From IMG/VR virus record IMGVR_UViG_3300022173_000041, positions 1 through 64,000 of that record: a stretch of DNA of 64,000 nucleotides. The stretch is one strand, 5' to 3'. Position 1 is the stretch's first letter; each line of letters opens with the position of its first letter. A model generated the notes under the pieces. That model had not been told where the DNA came from. It worked only from the letters and a program-made list of their open reading frames with translations, and did no database searches. This document shows, piece by piece, positions 39,190 to 47,573 of the stretch. Origin of the DNA: a virus. Lineage: Duplodnaviria; Caudoviricetes. The translations under genes and the position numbers were made by a program.

Positions 39190-39957
39190 ATGCTTGATCC
39201 CTCATCCATTGATGCTCTCGTCGCCGCTGGTGTCACCACTGAGCAGCTCGCCGCTGTGATCAAAGCGGAGATGGCGGCTGACCATGAAAAGCTGCTGGAA
39301 CGGAGAGTGTATGAGAGAAATCGTAAGCGAATTCAACGATCACGTCCCCGGGACATCGCGGGACAACCGGGGACAACCCTCCCCCCTTGTCCCCCCCTTG
39401 ATAAAGAAAAGGTCCCCACACCCCTAAAAGAAATTAATCCCCCCCTTAATCCCCCCACCCCTATAAATTTAACTATCACCGAATTTTCGGAATTCTGGGA
39501 AGCCTACCCGCTCAAAACCGGCAAGAAAGCTGCTTGGAAAGCCTTCGACAAGGCTAGAAAGTTCGCAAAGACACCCCAGATGCTGGATGGTTTGCATCGG
39601 TACATCGCCAACAAACCGCCTGACCAAGCCTTCTGCCACGCCTCGACTTGGCTCAACGGGCATCGCTGGGAGGATGAAAATCCGCCACTGGTGCAGACCA
39701 CCAACCACATTTCTGCCAAGCCACTTACACCCCGACAGCAGATACTGCTCAACAACATGGAGATAACCCGTGCCCTCCAGAACGGAACCCTCAAGCCAAG
39801 CGCTTACCACCCTTCAGCAGAGCGCGACCTTGGAGGCCAAGAGGAAATCCTGCGCCCACTGGGCCTCCCAGCTCCAAAAGATGTTTCCCCAGACGGAAAG
39901 TCCGATTACCCCAGAATTCATGCTGGCAATGGCAGCGACCATGGAGAGCTATTCTGA
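39190..39957 (+). CDS. Replication initiator (lambda O-like)
   Basis: FSEFWEAYPLKTGKKAAWKAF...HASTWLNGHRWEDE; internal iterons. Confidence 0.75.
   Translation: MLDPSSIDALVAAGVTTEQLAAVIKAEMAADHEKLLERRVYERNRKRIQRSRPRDIAGQPGTTLPPCPPLDKEKVPTPLKEINPPLNPPTPINLTITEFSEFWEAYPLKTGKKAAWKAFDKARKFAKTPQMLDGLHRYIANKPPDQAFCHASTWLNGHRWEDENPPLVQTTNHISAKPLTPRQQILLNNMEITRALQNGTLKPSAYHPSAERDLGGQEEILRPLGLPAPKDVSPDGKSDYPRIHAGNGSDHGELF
39344..39480. repeat. Putative replication origin: GGGACA iterons plus A/T- and C-tract region
   Basis: GGGACA at 39350, 39360 and 39370; inverted GTCCCC at 39344, 39389 and 39412; followed by A/T runs. Confidence 0.6.
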
Positions 39958-40384
39958 GAAGGTCTTGGCAGAGGTTTGCGGCTACCACGGCATCGTAACC
40001 AAGCAGAAGTTCCTCCCGACAGTCTCTGAGCTGAAAGCCGCCTTGGACGAAGCAGCTAGACCGGAAGTCGAAGAGGCTGCCAGACTAAAGGTCCGGGTTG
40101 AGGCAGCTCAAATCAGAGCAGAGGTTAACCGGATTGCAACTGAGAGGGAAACCAGACCGACTTACGAAGAGCTGATTGCCACTTTGCCGCCGTCCCTGCG
40201 ATTGAATAAAAACAATCACGTAGTTCCTATGACGCGGGATGAATTCTTCACAAAATTCCCGCATGTGACATCAGAACAATTAGACGCTGTACCTGACGCA
40301 AAGGACTTTGACTGGAAGACATACCGATCAACATTGCCGACATTGCCAGCGCCAGAAGAAAAAAATCCATTCGAGGACTTGTAA
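39770..40384 (+). CDS. Replication accessory protein (helicase loader-like position)
   Basis: KFLPTVSELK motif; follows the initiator gene. Confidence 0.55.
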   Translation: MPSRTEPSSQALTTLQQSATLEAKRKSCAHWASQLQKMFPQTESPITPEFMLAMAATMESYSEKVLAEVCGYHGIVTKQKFLPTVSELKAALDEAARPEVEEAARLKVRVEAAQIRAEVNRIATERETRPTYEELIATLPPSLRLNKNNHVVPMTRDEFFTKFPHVTSEQLDAVPDAKDFDWKTYRSTLPTLPAPEEKNPFEDL

Positions 40385-40427
40385 CATTCCACCCCAGACA
40401 CAATCTGTGTCTGACTGGAAATGTTAC
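40381..40427. promoter_or_regulatory. Nested palindrome containing an operator-like site
   Basis: GTAACATTCC..CAGACACAATCTGTGTCTG..GGAAATGTTAC. Confidence 0.55.
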
Positions 40428-40439
40428 AAAAGAGGGAAA

Positions 40440-42260
40440 ATGACAACCGCAAAGAATACAATTGTCAGCATTGAGCTGGAAACTTCTCTTCACAATGAGA
40501 AGCTCTTCACCAAAGATGGTGTAAACAAGCTTCTCGTTGAGAAGGATATCCCGGGATCGTTCGAATACTTTCGTCATGGTGGCGTCGAGGGTATCGACAT
40601 CTCTCGCGGCGATGCTCACTTTCGGAATGCACTTTCGAGGGTAATGCAAGAATGTATTGGCCACGCCAAGAATTCTGCACTGGGTCATCGCTACCCTCTG
40701 GACCTTCTTGCCAGAAACAAGAACCGCTGGGTTTCTTCATTGGCTCAGTATGGTTATGGCTACATCGAAGGTGGCTATGATCATGATGGTGATCCGGTCG
40801 ATGAGAACAAGGCTCCTCAGATTGAAGTCATCCTGAAGCTTCTGGAAACTCGCCTAAAGGAAATCGAAAGCGCGGTCGCAAGACAGGTTGCCAACGGGCA
40901 AATCTCTTTTGACGATCTTCCGTTCTTCTATTCTCGCGGCAAGGAAGTGTATATCTCTGACGATGATGGAGAAGTCATCGCCGGTACGGTAGACGCTGCA
41001 AGCATCCAGAAGACTTGGTTCGGCTCTCAGTATCTGGCTGTTTCTCTGAATATCATCCATGGCGTCAATGGAGCGTTGGCGCCGGGCAAGTATCAGGCAA
41101 CACTGCCTGAATACAACGGAACCATCAGCCTCAATGAACTTGCTATCAAGCCTATGTCAGATGAGCTTCGCTTGAGGCTTATTGAGCGTGGCAAGTTGGC
41201 AAAGCGTTGTGCCATTGGCCCGACTTATCTGTCTTACTCTGGACATCTCTCTCGCTCTACGTGGTGGAGTAATGAGACATTCAGGGCAGACGGTCGCGTC
41301 ATGGTCGATGTCGGCTCATTCAAGCGAGTGGACAACGATCAGTTCTCCAAGGAACAGCGCGCGACTGGTATCGCTGGAATGCGAGACAGTGACGGGAATG
41401 TTGGAGCTTCTCTCAACTTCAATCCTTCCGATGCTGATCTGTGGAGGTGCTATCCGTATGTTTACGGGTTTAGCTTCCGCGCCAAGCGCTGGGGCCGGTT
41501 GGCTCTAAGTGGCTTGACAGATATCGCATGGCGATCCGACAGCTTCGACAAACTGGTTCTGCCTGAAGACGAGAAGGCCATGGTCAGGGCTCTGGTCGAG
41601 CATAACGATGGCTCGTTCGAAGACTTGATCGATGGTAAGGGTGGCGGCTGCATCTTCTTGCTGCACGGTCCTCCCGGTCAGGGCAAGACGCTTACTGCTG
41701 AGACAATTGCAGAGCTTCTCAAGAAGCCCCTGTATGCGATCTCGGTGGGTGAGCTTGGGGTTACGCCAGACCAACTGGAAGAGCGCCTGAGAGCGATCTT
41801 GGACGTGGCTACAGTCTGGGACGCTGTGATCCTGCTGGATGAGGCAGACATCTATCTGGAAGCCAGAGACGAGAAAGACATCACGCGAAATGCCATGGTT
41901 GGCGTATTCCTGCGGTTGCTTGAATACCATCACGGCGTTCTGTTCCTGACCACGAACCGGGTGAAGAACATCGATACGGCATTCTATTCCCGTATCTCGG
42001 TTGCGCTTCACTTCGCTCATGGTGACAACAGCAAGCGTGAGAAAATCTGGAACAACCTTCTGGATAGTGCTGGTATTCAGGGGATCAACGCGAAAGAGCT
42101 TTCGTTGATCGACATCAACGGGCGCCAGATCAAGAACGCTATCCGATTGAGCCAGACACTGGCTAAGTCTGAAAGCAAAAAGGTTGACATCAAGACCTTG
42201 GAAAAGGTAATAGAATTGATGACGGCTTTCGACAGAGAGCGGTCACAGGGCAGCGTATAA
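40440..42260 (+). CDS. Large AAA+ ATPase resembling the fungal-expanded GKGxG..LLHGPPG family
   Basis: GKGGGCIFLLHGPPGQGKTLTAE; LLDEADIYLE; FLRLLEY..GVLFLTTNR..ID.AFYSRI. Confidence 0.85.
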   Translation: MTTAKNTIVSIELETSLHNEKLFTKDGVNKLLVEKDIPGSFEYFRHGGVEGIDISRGDAHFRNALSRVMQECIGHAKNSALGHRYPLDLLARNKNRWVSSLAQYGYGYIEGGYDHDGDPVDENKAPQIEVILKLLETRLKEIESAVARQVANGQISFDDLPFFYSRGKEVYISDDDGEVIAGTVDAASIQKTWFGSQYLAVSLNIIHGVNGALAPGKYQATLPEYNGTISLNELAIKPMSDELRLRLIERGKLAKRCAIGPTYLSYSGHLSRSTWWSNETFRADGRVMVDVGSFKRVDNDQFSKEQRATGIAGMRDSDGNVGASLNFNPSDADLWRCYPYVYGFSFRAKRWGRLALSGLTDIAWRSDSFDKLVLPEDEKAMVRALVEHNDGSFEDLIDGKGGGCIFLLHGPPGQGKTLTAETIAELLKKPLYAISVGELGVTPDQLEERLRAILDVATVWDAVILLDEADIYLEARDEKDITRNAMVGVFLRLLEYHHGVLFLTTNRVKNIDTAFYSRISVALHFAHGDNSKREKIWNNLLDSAGIQGINAKELSLIDINGRQIKNAIRLSQTLAKSESKKVDIKTLEKVIELMTAFDRERSQGSV

Positions 42261-42287
42261 CTTCTCCGGGTACGCAACCCAAACTTC

Positions 42288-42325
42288 AGAGCCCGACGCT
42301 GTTATGGCGCCGGGCTCTTTCTTTA
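42288..42325. terminator. Probable intrinsic terminator between convergent units
   Basis: AGAGCCCG...CGGGCTCT hairpin followed by TTCTTT. Confidence 0.6.
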
Positions 42326-42586
42326 TGAGTTTATGATCTCTTCAGCTTTGCATATATCTTCTTCTGAGAATTCATCATCGCTCATCCTGTTACTTTCAAA
42401 CCAAGATGGCCTCTCGTAAATTTTATCCCAGCCGGTATTGTCGATATCCAGCCAATGATCTTTCGTTCCTGTGTGATATGCATATAGCTGCTTACAATCA
42501 GGGGATACATACAAGGAGTAGATGTTTCCGTCCATGCATGCTATTCTGTGAGCAATCCAACTCGGGTAGCTTTTTAGAATATTCAT
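42323..42586 (-). CDS. Small protein with C-terminal acidic tag (subtype 2)
   Basis: Ends FSEEDICKAEEIINS. Confidence 0.65.
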   Translation of the reverse strand: MNILKSYPSWIAHRIACMDGNIYSLYVSPDCKQLYAYHTGTKDHWLDIDNTGWDKIYERPSWFESNRMSDDEFSEEDICKAEEIINS

Positions 42587-42876
42587 TTGAACGGGTTCTC
42601 CTCTTCAGCGCTGATCATGCTCATGGCGGCTTCCACTTCCTCCAAAGAGAAATCGCCTCCCGGGTCACGCTTGATCGGCTGGCGATAGACCATGACACTT
42701 CCCATGACTTGCTTACGGATATCTGCCAAGCGAGAAACAATGGTCCTGACGCTCTCAACGTTCTTGGCATTAGGATATGCAGCAAGCTTATTGATAAGCT
42801 CTTCCTCGTAAGCCTTGATGATATTGCTGGCGCGGGTCCGTTCAAAAGAACGGATCATGTCTTTAGTCGTGCCCAT
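42583..42876 (-). CDS. Small protein with C-terminal acidic tag (subtype 2)
   Basis: Ends FSLEEVEAAMSMISAEEENPFK. Confidence 0.65.
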   Translation of the reverse strand: MGTTKDMIRSFERTRASNIIKAYEEELINKLAAYPNAKNVESVRTIVSRLADIRKQVMGSVMVYRQPIKRDPGGDFSLEEVEAAMSMISAEEENPFK

Positions 42877-43177
42877 AGATAATCTCCTCCGCGCTCATCA
42901 TGTCCTCATCAGAGAATTCAGGCTTGGGAAGCCTGCCAACCTTATCCAGATCGACCATTAGATGAGGGTCAAGCCATTCAGGGATGGACTTACTGTGGTC
43001 CCAGTATTTCTTTTTTTTTGCACTGGCTTCTCGCCAGATAAACGCAGCGACCCTCCCATACATGACGTGCTTCCCTTTAATTGGGATAGAGACGATTGTG
43101 TCCCTTTCTGGGAAATAGGCGCATTTGGCACCGTCCAGTTCATCATCAACGATGGTGTCGATCTCATCTCTAGTCAT
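42863..43177 (-). CDS. Small protein with C-terminal acidic tag (subtype 2)
   Basis: Ends FSDEDMMSAEEIIYGHD. Confidence 0.65.
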   Translation of the reverse strand: MTRDEIDTIVDDELDGAKCAYFPERDTIVSIPIKGKHVMYGRVAAFIWREASAKKKKYWDHSKSIPEWLDPHLMVDLDKVGRLPKPEFSDEDMMSAEEIIYGHD

Positions 43178-43209
43178 GGTTTCCCTCTTACGTTCTTTGT
43201 GTTAAATAA

Positions 43210-43222
43210 ACCCAGATTGTGT
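43210..43222. promoter_or_regulatory. Operator-like site
   Basis: Reverse complement ACACAATCTGGGT between divergent genes. Confidence 0.5.
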
Positions 43223-43239
43223 CACTCTCAAGGGGTCAA

Positions 43240-43746
43240 ATGGGCGTCCTTCGCAACATCAACGATGAGCGGTTTTGTCAGTTAGTGGTCTCGGGCATGG
43301 AACCGGGAGAGGCTTACAAGACGGTCGGGTATACTGCCAAGAACCCGGGTTATGCAGCCAGCCGCAAGATGGCCAAGCCCGTGGTTAGGAAGCGCATGGA
43401 GGAGCTTCTGGACGTTGGCGCCAGAAAGGCCATGCTAAGCCGCTCCATGATCCTACAGCGCATTTATGAGGACTGGGAGCTATCCCGAAAGCTGGGCCAG
43501 ATGGCCAGCGCCATCTCTGCTGGCAAGCTTATGGGCATGGAGCTGCATAAGATGTTCATTGAGCGCAAGGAGATTGGCGGGCCGGGAGACTTCGACGCCA
43601 AGAGCCCTGAAGAGCTTCTTGAGTATATCAAGAAGGAACTAGGGGAGTTGGGGATGGACGCGAAGGACGTAACCAAGACACTTGGTATAAATCTGGATGA
43701 TCATCAAGCGCTTACACTAATACCGCCAGAGAAATCCAAGGTCTAA
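43240..43746 (+). CDS. terS: Terminase small subunit-like protein
   Basis: LRNINDERFCQLVVSG...EAYKTVGY...ASRKM...VRKRMEEL; ERKEIGGPGDF. Confidence 0.7.
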   Translation: MGVLRNINDERFCQLVVSGMEPGEAYKTVGYTAKNPGYAASRKMAKPVVRKRMEELLDVGARKAMLSRSMILQRIYEDWELSRKLGQMASAISAGKLMGMELHKMFIERKEIGGPGDFDAKSPEELLEYIKKELGELGMDAKDVTKTLGINLDDHQALTLIPPEKSKV

Positions 43747-44063
43747 CTTTGTATAAATTCAATTGCTTTGGTTATTTCGTCTTCTTCGAAATCAATATTC
43801 CTGAGTTCTCTCAGTCTGGTTGGGTCAATATCACCACTTTCCCAACGTGGAATGAGTTCGCCAAACTCATTGATTGATGAGCTGGTGGAAAACCAAGTCT
43901 GTATCCTTCCTGTTGGATGATCATAATCCTTTGTCACGCAGAGTTTGCCGCGAAGAGTATTATGCCAAGTTTGTTTCTGGTTAATCCAGCTTTGCATATT
44001 CTCCTGACCGGTCAAATTCCAGACACGATCAGGATCAAGCAAGAGTTCATTTTTGTAACCCAT
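43743..44063 (-). CDS. Small protein with C-terminal acidic tag (subtype 2)
   Basis: Ends FEEDEITKAIEFIQS. Confidence 0.65.
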   Translation of the reverse strand: MGYKNELLLDPDRVWNLTGQENMQSWINQKQTWHNTLRGKLCVTKDYDHPTGRIQTWFSTSSSINEFGELIPRWESGDIDPTRLRELRNIDFEEDEITKAIEFIQS

Positions 44064-44457
44064 TTCTCTCCTCCTCTATTTCATCCATGATGATCTGAGC
44101 CAGCTCAATGTCGTCACCATCTAGCTCACCTTCCATGTCGATCATGGTATTGGAACTAAGGTACGGCGCTACATACAAATCCCATTCTTCTTGGGACGTA
44201 ATTCTATACTGCCAGAGAGGAAGCCCAGATATCATTCCGTGTGATATGTGGATATCCCTAACTGAGCCATCAACGAAATGTCTTACCATCTTTGCAAACC
44301 AACCCCTTTTGGTTTGGTAGAAAGATATTCCTACAAGTCCCTGATCATCACCATTGGCGCCCCAATGTTCCTCGCACCGACGAATTAAGTAGTCGGAAGG
44401 CTCAAGGTCCCATATGCGCTCACTATCTGTACCAAACTCCTCTATATTTAACATCAT
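44047..44457 (-). CDS. Small protein with C-terminal acidic tag (subtype 2)
   Basis: Ends LDGDDIELAQIIMDEIEEERNGLQK. Confidence 0.65.
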   Translation of the reverse strand: MMLNIEEFGTDSERIWDLEPSDYLIRRCEEHWGANGDDQGLVGISFYQTKRGWFAKMVRHFVDGSVRDIHISHGMISGLPLWQYRITSQEEWDLYVAPYLSSNTMIDMEGELDGDDIELAQIIMDEIEEERNGLQK

Positions 44458-44475
44458 AAGTTTCTCCCTCGTTGT

Positions 44476-44514
44476 CGCTTATCACTAGCGCTCGAAAGCG
44501 CTAGGACATAAGCG
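44476..44514 (-). repeat. Intergenic hairpin element, copy 1
   Basis: CGCTTAT-GTC-stem(TTCG loop)-TG-ATAAGCG on the minus strand. Confidence 0.65.
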
Positions 44515-44772
44515 TCAAGTCTTTAGCTTAGCCTCAATTCGATCCAGTTCTGCTCTGGCACCAGCAATGCTGTAGTGATTGCTGTACTGGCTGAAACCAC
44601 GCTGGATAATGCTGCATACGAACAGCACTCCAGCGATCCACTGCAACGCAGAGCTATCCAAAAGATAACCAATGTAGCAGGAGGCTATCAGACATCCGAA
44701 AGTGAAAAAGTCGCAGACTATACTTTCTGCGACTGTCTCATGCAGGATCATGATCTTAATTTTCTCACTCAT
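44515..44772 (-). CDS. Small membrane protein
   Basis: RBS GGAGGGAAAA; two hydrophobic segments. Confidence 0.6.
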   Translation of the reverse strand: MSEKIKIMILHETVAESIVCDFFTFGCLIASCYIGYLLDSSALQWIAGVLFVCSIIQRGFSQYSNHYSIAGARAELDRIEAKLKT

Positions 44773-44782
44773 TTTTCCCTCC

Positions 44783-44831
44783 TTGAGCAAAGGCGCTCAA
44801 TGCTAGGGCTCGTAAGCCCTAGTGTTTGAAC
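44783..44831 (-). repeat. Intergenic hairpin element, copy 2
   Basis: GTTCAA-ACA-stem-CA-TTGAGC..GCTCAA. Confidence 0.7.
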
Positions 44832-44914
44832 GTCTGCGACGAATGCGGGGCGGCAAGTTCGCAAGACCGTGAGGATTTATATGCTGTTCTCACCGCCCCT
44901 ACCTCGCGCGAGGA

Positions 44915-46192
44915 TTACTTGTAGGGAACAGTCCTGCCATATGGCGCCTTAGCGCCACTGCCAGCCCAGTCCACCCACACCACCGGAAAGTCAGGCTGTG
45001 GCCCAAAGCTTGAGGTATACATATCGGTCAGGAAGATACAGCCGATAACGTCTTCCATCTTGCCGATTTCTGTCATGGCGGAATTGAAATCGGTTCCACC
45101 ACCACCACCAGCATTCCAGCCAATGATGTCCTCTTCTGACTTCGCTTCCAGAGTGTTCTGGATTTGTGTATCGACCGAAATCAGAGTGACGTGCGATACC
45201 AAGTCCTGATTGAGAAGGCTTGCAGCCTCTTCGCACATTTCTTGGATCATCTTCTGGCTAACTGAGCCAGACACGTCCAGACACATCACAAGCTTGTATA
45301 CGTTATCGTTGCCATAACCGGGCATGTATTCGTCATTGCCCAGTCGGCGTCGATTAGGACGGGTCCACGTTCGCGTTGCCTTAGACTTGGCATCGCGAGA
45401 CATATCGCGGATAAGGTCCTTCCAGTCGATCTTCTCCTTGGGGAAAAGATCACCGATCAGACGCTGGAGATTGCCCGGCAATGTACCGGGAGGAGACTTC
45501 TCCAGAGCGCTTGCGACAGTTCGCTTCCACTGCCGGTCGGCAGCTTCGCGTTCTTCGGGCGTGGTTTCGAACATGGTGCCGGGAGCTTCCCCATCACCTT
45601 CTTCGTCGCCATTGCCCTCGCCTTCACCCTCACCATCCTGATCTTCTTCTTCGTCACCTTCACCATCCTGAGGCTGGCCTTTCCCCTTTCCTTTCTGGGG
45701 TTTGCCTTTGCCTTTCTCGGACTTTCCTTTGCCGCCGTCCTTGCCTTCCTTGTCTTCCTTTTTCTGCTGCTTTTCCTCCTGCTGTTGCAGGATTTCATAG
45801 ACAGCTTCGGCAGAAAGTTCGGCAAGCTTGTTATCGCGCAATGCATCACGTGGCATTGGGAAATAGTCTTCGACCACCTTGTTGACAGGGAAGTCGCAGG
45901 CTTCATTCCACATCTTATTGTCGCGATATCGGCGCCGGGCAGGATGCATCATAGCGCAATGCAGGACGGTATGCAGAAGCACACCTTCCATGTATTTATC
46001 GTTCGCGGCATCGTCCACATATGCGGGATTGAAGAAGATATCGACCCCATCGGACCATACCGTCTTGTGAGATTTACTCTCAACAAGATTTGCGCCAAAC
46101 AGAATGGATGCAAAGAACGGATTGCGCTTTGCTACACGTTCCCGTGCAGTAAGCATTCGTCGCATTGCAGTTGGTTTCGTTATTCCAAACAT
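44915..46192 (-). CDS. DUF2201-like peptidase-fold plus vWA protein
   Basis: PFFASILF...LLHTVLHCAMMH...WNEACDFPVN; acidic linker; MIDAS LDVSGSV; GGGGTDF. Confidence 0.8.
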   Translation of the reverse strand: MFGITKPTAMRRMLTARERVAKRNPFFASILFGANLVESKSHKTVWSDGVDIFFNPAYVDDAANDKYMEGVLLHTVLHCAMMHPARRRYRDNKMWNEACDFPVNKVVEDYFPMPRDALRDNKLAELSAEAVYEILQQQEEKQQKKEDKEGKDGGKGKSEKGKGKPQKGKGKGQPQDGEGDEEEDQDGEGEGEGNGDEEGDGEAPGTMFETTPEEREAADRQWKRTVASALEKSPPGTLPGNLQRLIGDLFPKEKIDWKDLIRDMSRDAKSKATRTWTRPNRRRLGNDEYMPGYGNDNVYKLVMCLDVSGSVSQKMIQEMCEEAASLLNQDLVSHVTLISVDTQIQNTLEAKSEEDIIGWNAGGGGGTDFNSAMTEIGKMEDVIGCIFLTDMYTSSFGPQPDFPVVWVDWAGSGAKAPYGRTVPYK

Positions 46193-46210
46193 GAATTCTC
46201 CCTCTTGTTG

Positions 46211-46272
46211 TGAAGCAGATGTATTGGCGCTTCGTGCTGGGGGCGTGGGAAATCCGCCCCCAGTGTCGAAAC
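46211..46272 (-). repeat. Intergenic hairpin element, copy 3
   Basis: GTTTCG-ACA-stem-CA-CGAAGC..GCTTCA. Confidence 0.7.
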
Positions 46273-46286
46273 GTCAAGAGGTACCG

Positions 46287-47333
46287 TCAGACACCCTTGG
46301 ACGCCTGCCCTTCGATCAGCAAAGCGGCGAGCGCTTCGTTGGTCTTCAGGGACTTGTCGCGACCCATGGCATCGGTAACGCACATGGAGGCAACATCCGG
46401 TGACATACGTCCCAGATACTTTGCGAACGCGGCGGCATTCTTGGCCGTCAGGTTGCGCGCGATGGTACCAGCCATCAGATACTGGAAGTGAGCGTCACCG
46501 GGCATTTTGGCCTTCATCGGGTCAGCCAAGATGTCTGCGATCTTCGGCAGACCAGCCGCAAGCCGGTCCAAGAAAGCCGCAAACTGCCTTGAGAAGCCCT
46601 CACCCAGAATAGCCAGCGCGGCATTCTCCAAGACACCCTTCAGTGCCTTCGGGTCCATACCAGACGCCTCGGTGTCGCGCAGAACCTTGTTGAAGTTCTC
46701 CAGCGAGCGGGGCGTAGGAAAGGACGGATGATTGACATCGACCTTGTGGATCAGTTCAGGACGCAACTGGAGAAACGCAATCAGGCGCTTGTCCCAGCCC
46801 CACAGCTTGGTCTTTTCAGTGAAGCCGATTTCATCGACCTCGACCGTAATGTGGGCCATGCGGTTTTCCAGAGGCTTCAACATCTTGTTGTCGCCGCCTC
46901 CATCCTCACGGGTGTTTGAGCCCAGAATGATCCGGTTTTTCTTCGGAAGCGGATACCCACCGCACGAACGGTCCAGAACCAACTGATAAGACATCTGCTG
47001 GAGCTGTACGTTCGCATGACCGAATTCGTCAAAGAACATGACGTGCATTTCGTCATCGTCCTTCGGAACGAACGCGGGCCGGGTCCAATGGGTAGACATT
47101 TCCTCGCGGTTGATCAGCGGCATACCGGTGCCGTCCACAATATCCTTTGTAGAAAGCCGGATGTCGTGCAACTGAGATTTGGCGCCAAAGTCCGTTCGGA
47201 TTTTGGTCATGATCTCAGAGTTGATCACCGCTGACTTGCCGACGCCGGTCGGTCCCTTGATCATGACCGGAATATCCGCATGGATCAGGGGATAGACAAC
47301 GTTAGCAAGTTGGGTAATTTTGCACTTCAACAT
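46287..47333 (-). CDS. MoxR-like AAA+ ATPase
   Basis: GPTGVGKS; FFDEF; LGSNTRED; PLENRM; PTPRS. Confidence 0.85.
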   Translation of the reverse strand: MLKCKITQLANVVYPLIHADIPVMIKGPTGVGKSAVINSEIMTKIRTDFGAKSQLHDIRLSTKDIVDGTGMPLINREEMSTHWTRPAFVPKDDDEMHVMFFDEFGHANVQLQQMSYQLVLDRSCGGYPLPKKNRIILGSNTREDGGGDNKMLKPLENRMAHITVEVDEIGFTEKTKLWGWDKRLIAFLQLRPELIHKVDVNHPSFPTPRSLENFNKVLRDTEASGMDPKALKGVLENAALAILGEGFSRQFAAFLDRLAAGLPKIADILADPMKAKMPGDAHFQYLMAGTIARNLTAKNAAAFAKYLGRMSPDVASMCVTDAMGRDKSLKTNEALAALLIEGQASKGV

Positions 47334-47403
47334 AAATAGGTCTCCCTCTTAGAGCAGGATTGCTCAATCATGGACAGAAGTTACTCTGCCCATGGGTCAA
47401 CAA

Positions 47404-47499
47404 TCAGTGGCCTTCATCTGGTAGTTTGGCTAGACGCGATATAGAAGCGATTAAACATACCGCTACCCATAAAGCGTATAGGATAAAGAATATTTCCAA
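47404..47499 (-). CDS. 31-aa membrane micropeptide (not in ORF track)
   Basis: RBS AAGAGAGGGAAA then TTG; MEIFFILYALWVAVCLIASISRLAKLPDEGH. Confidence 0.5.
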   Translation of the reverse strand: MEIFFILYALWVAVCLIASISRLAKLPDEGH

Positions 47500-47573
47500 T
47501 TTCCCTCTCTTACTCGCGCCTTTGTAGAAAGCACGATTATGGGGCGTTTTTTAGGCGCCCCATAGGCTTGCTC

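Noticed and set aside
43011-43019. T9 homopolymer as a phase-variation site
   Set aside because: It encodes part of a Lys run in an intact ORF; there is no evidence of switching.
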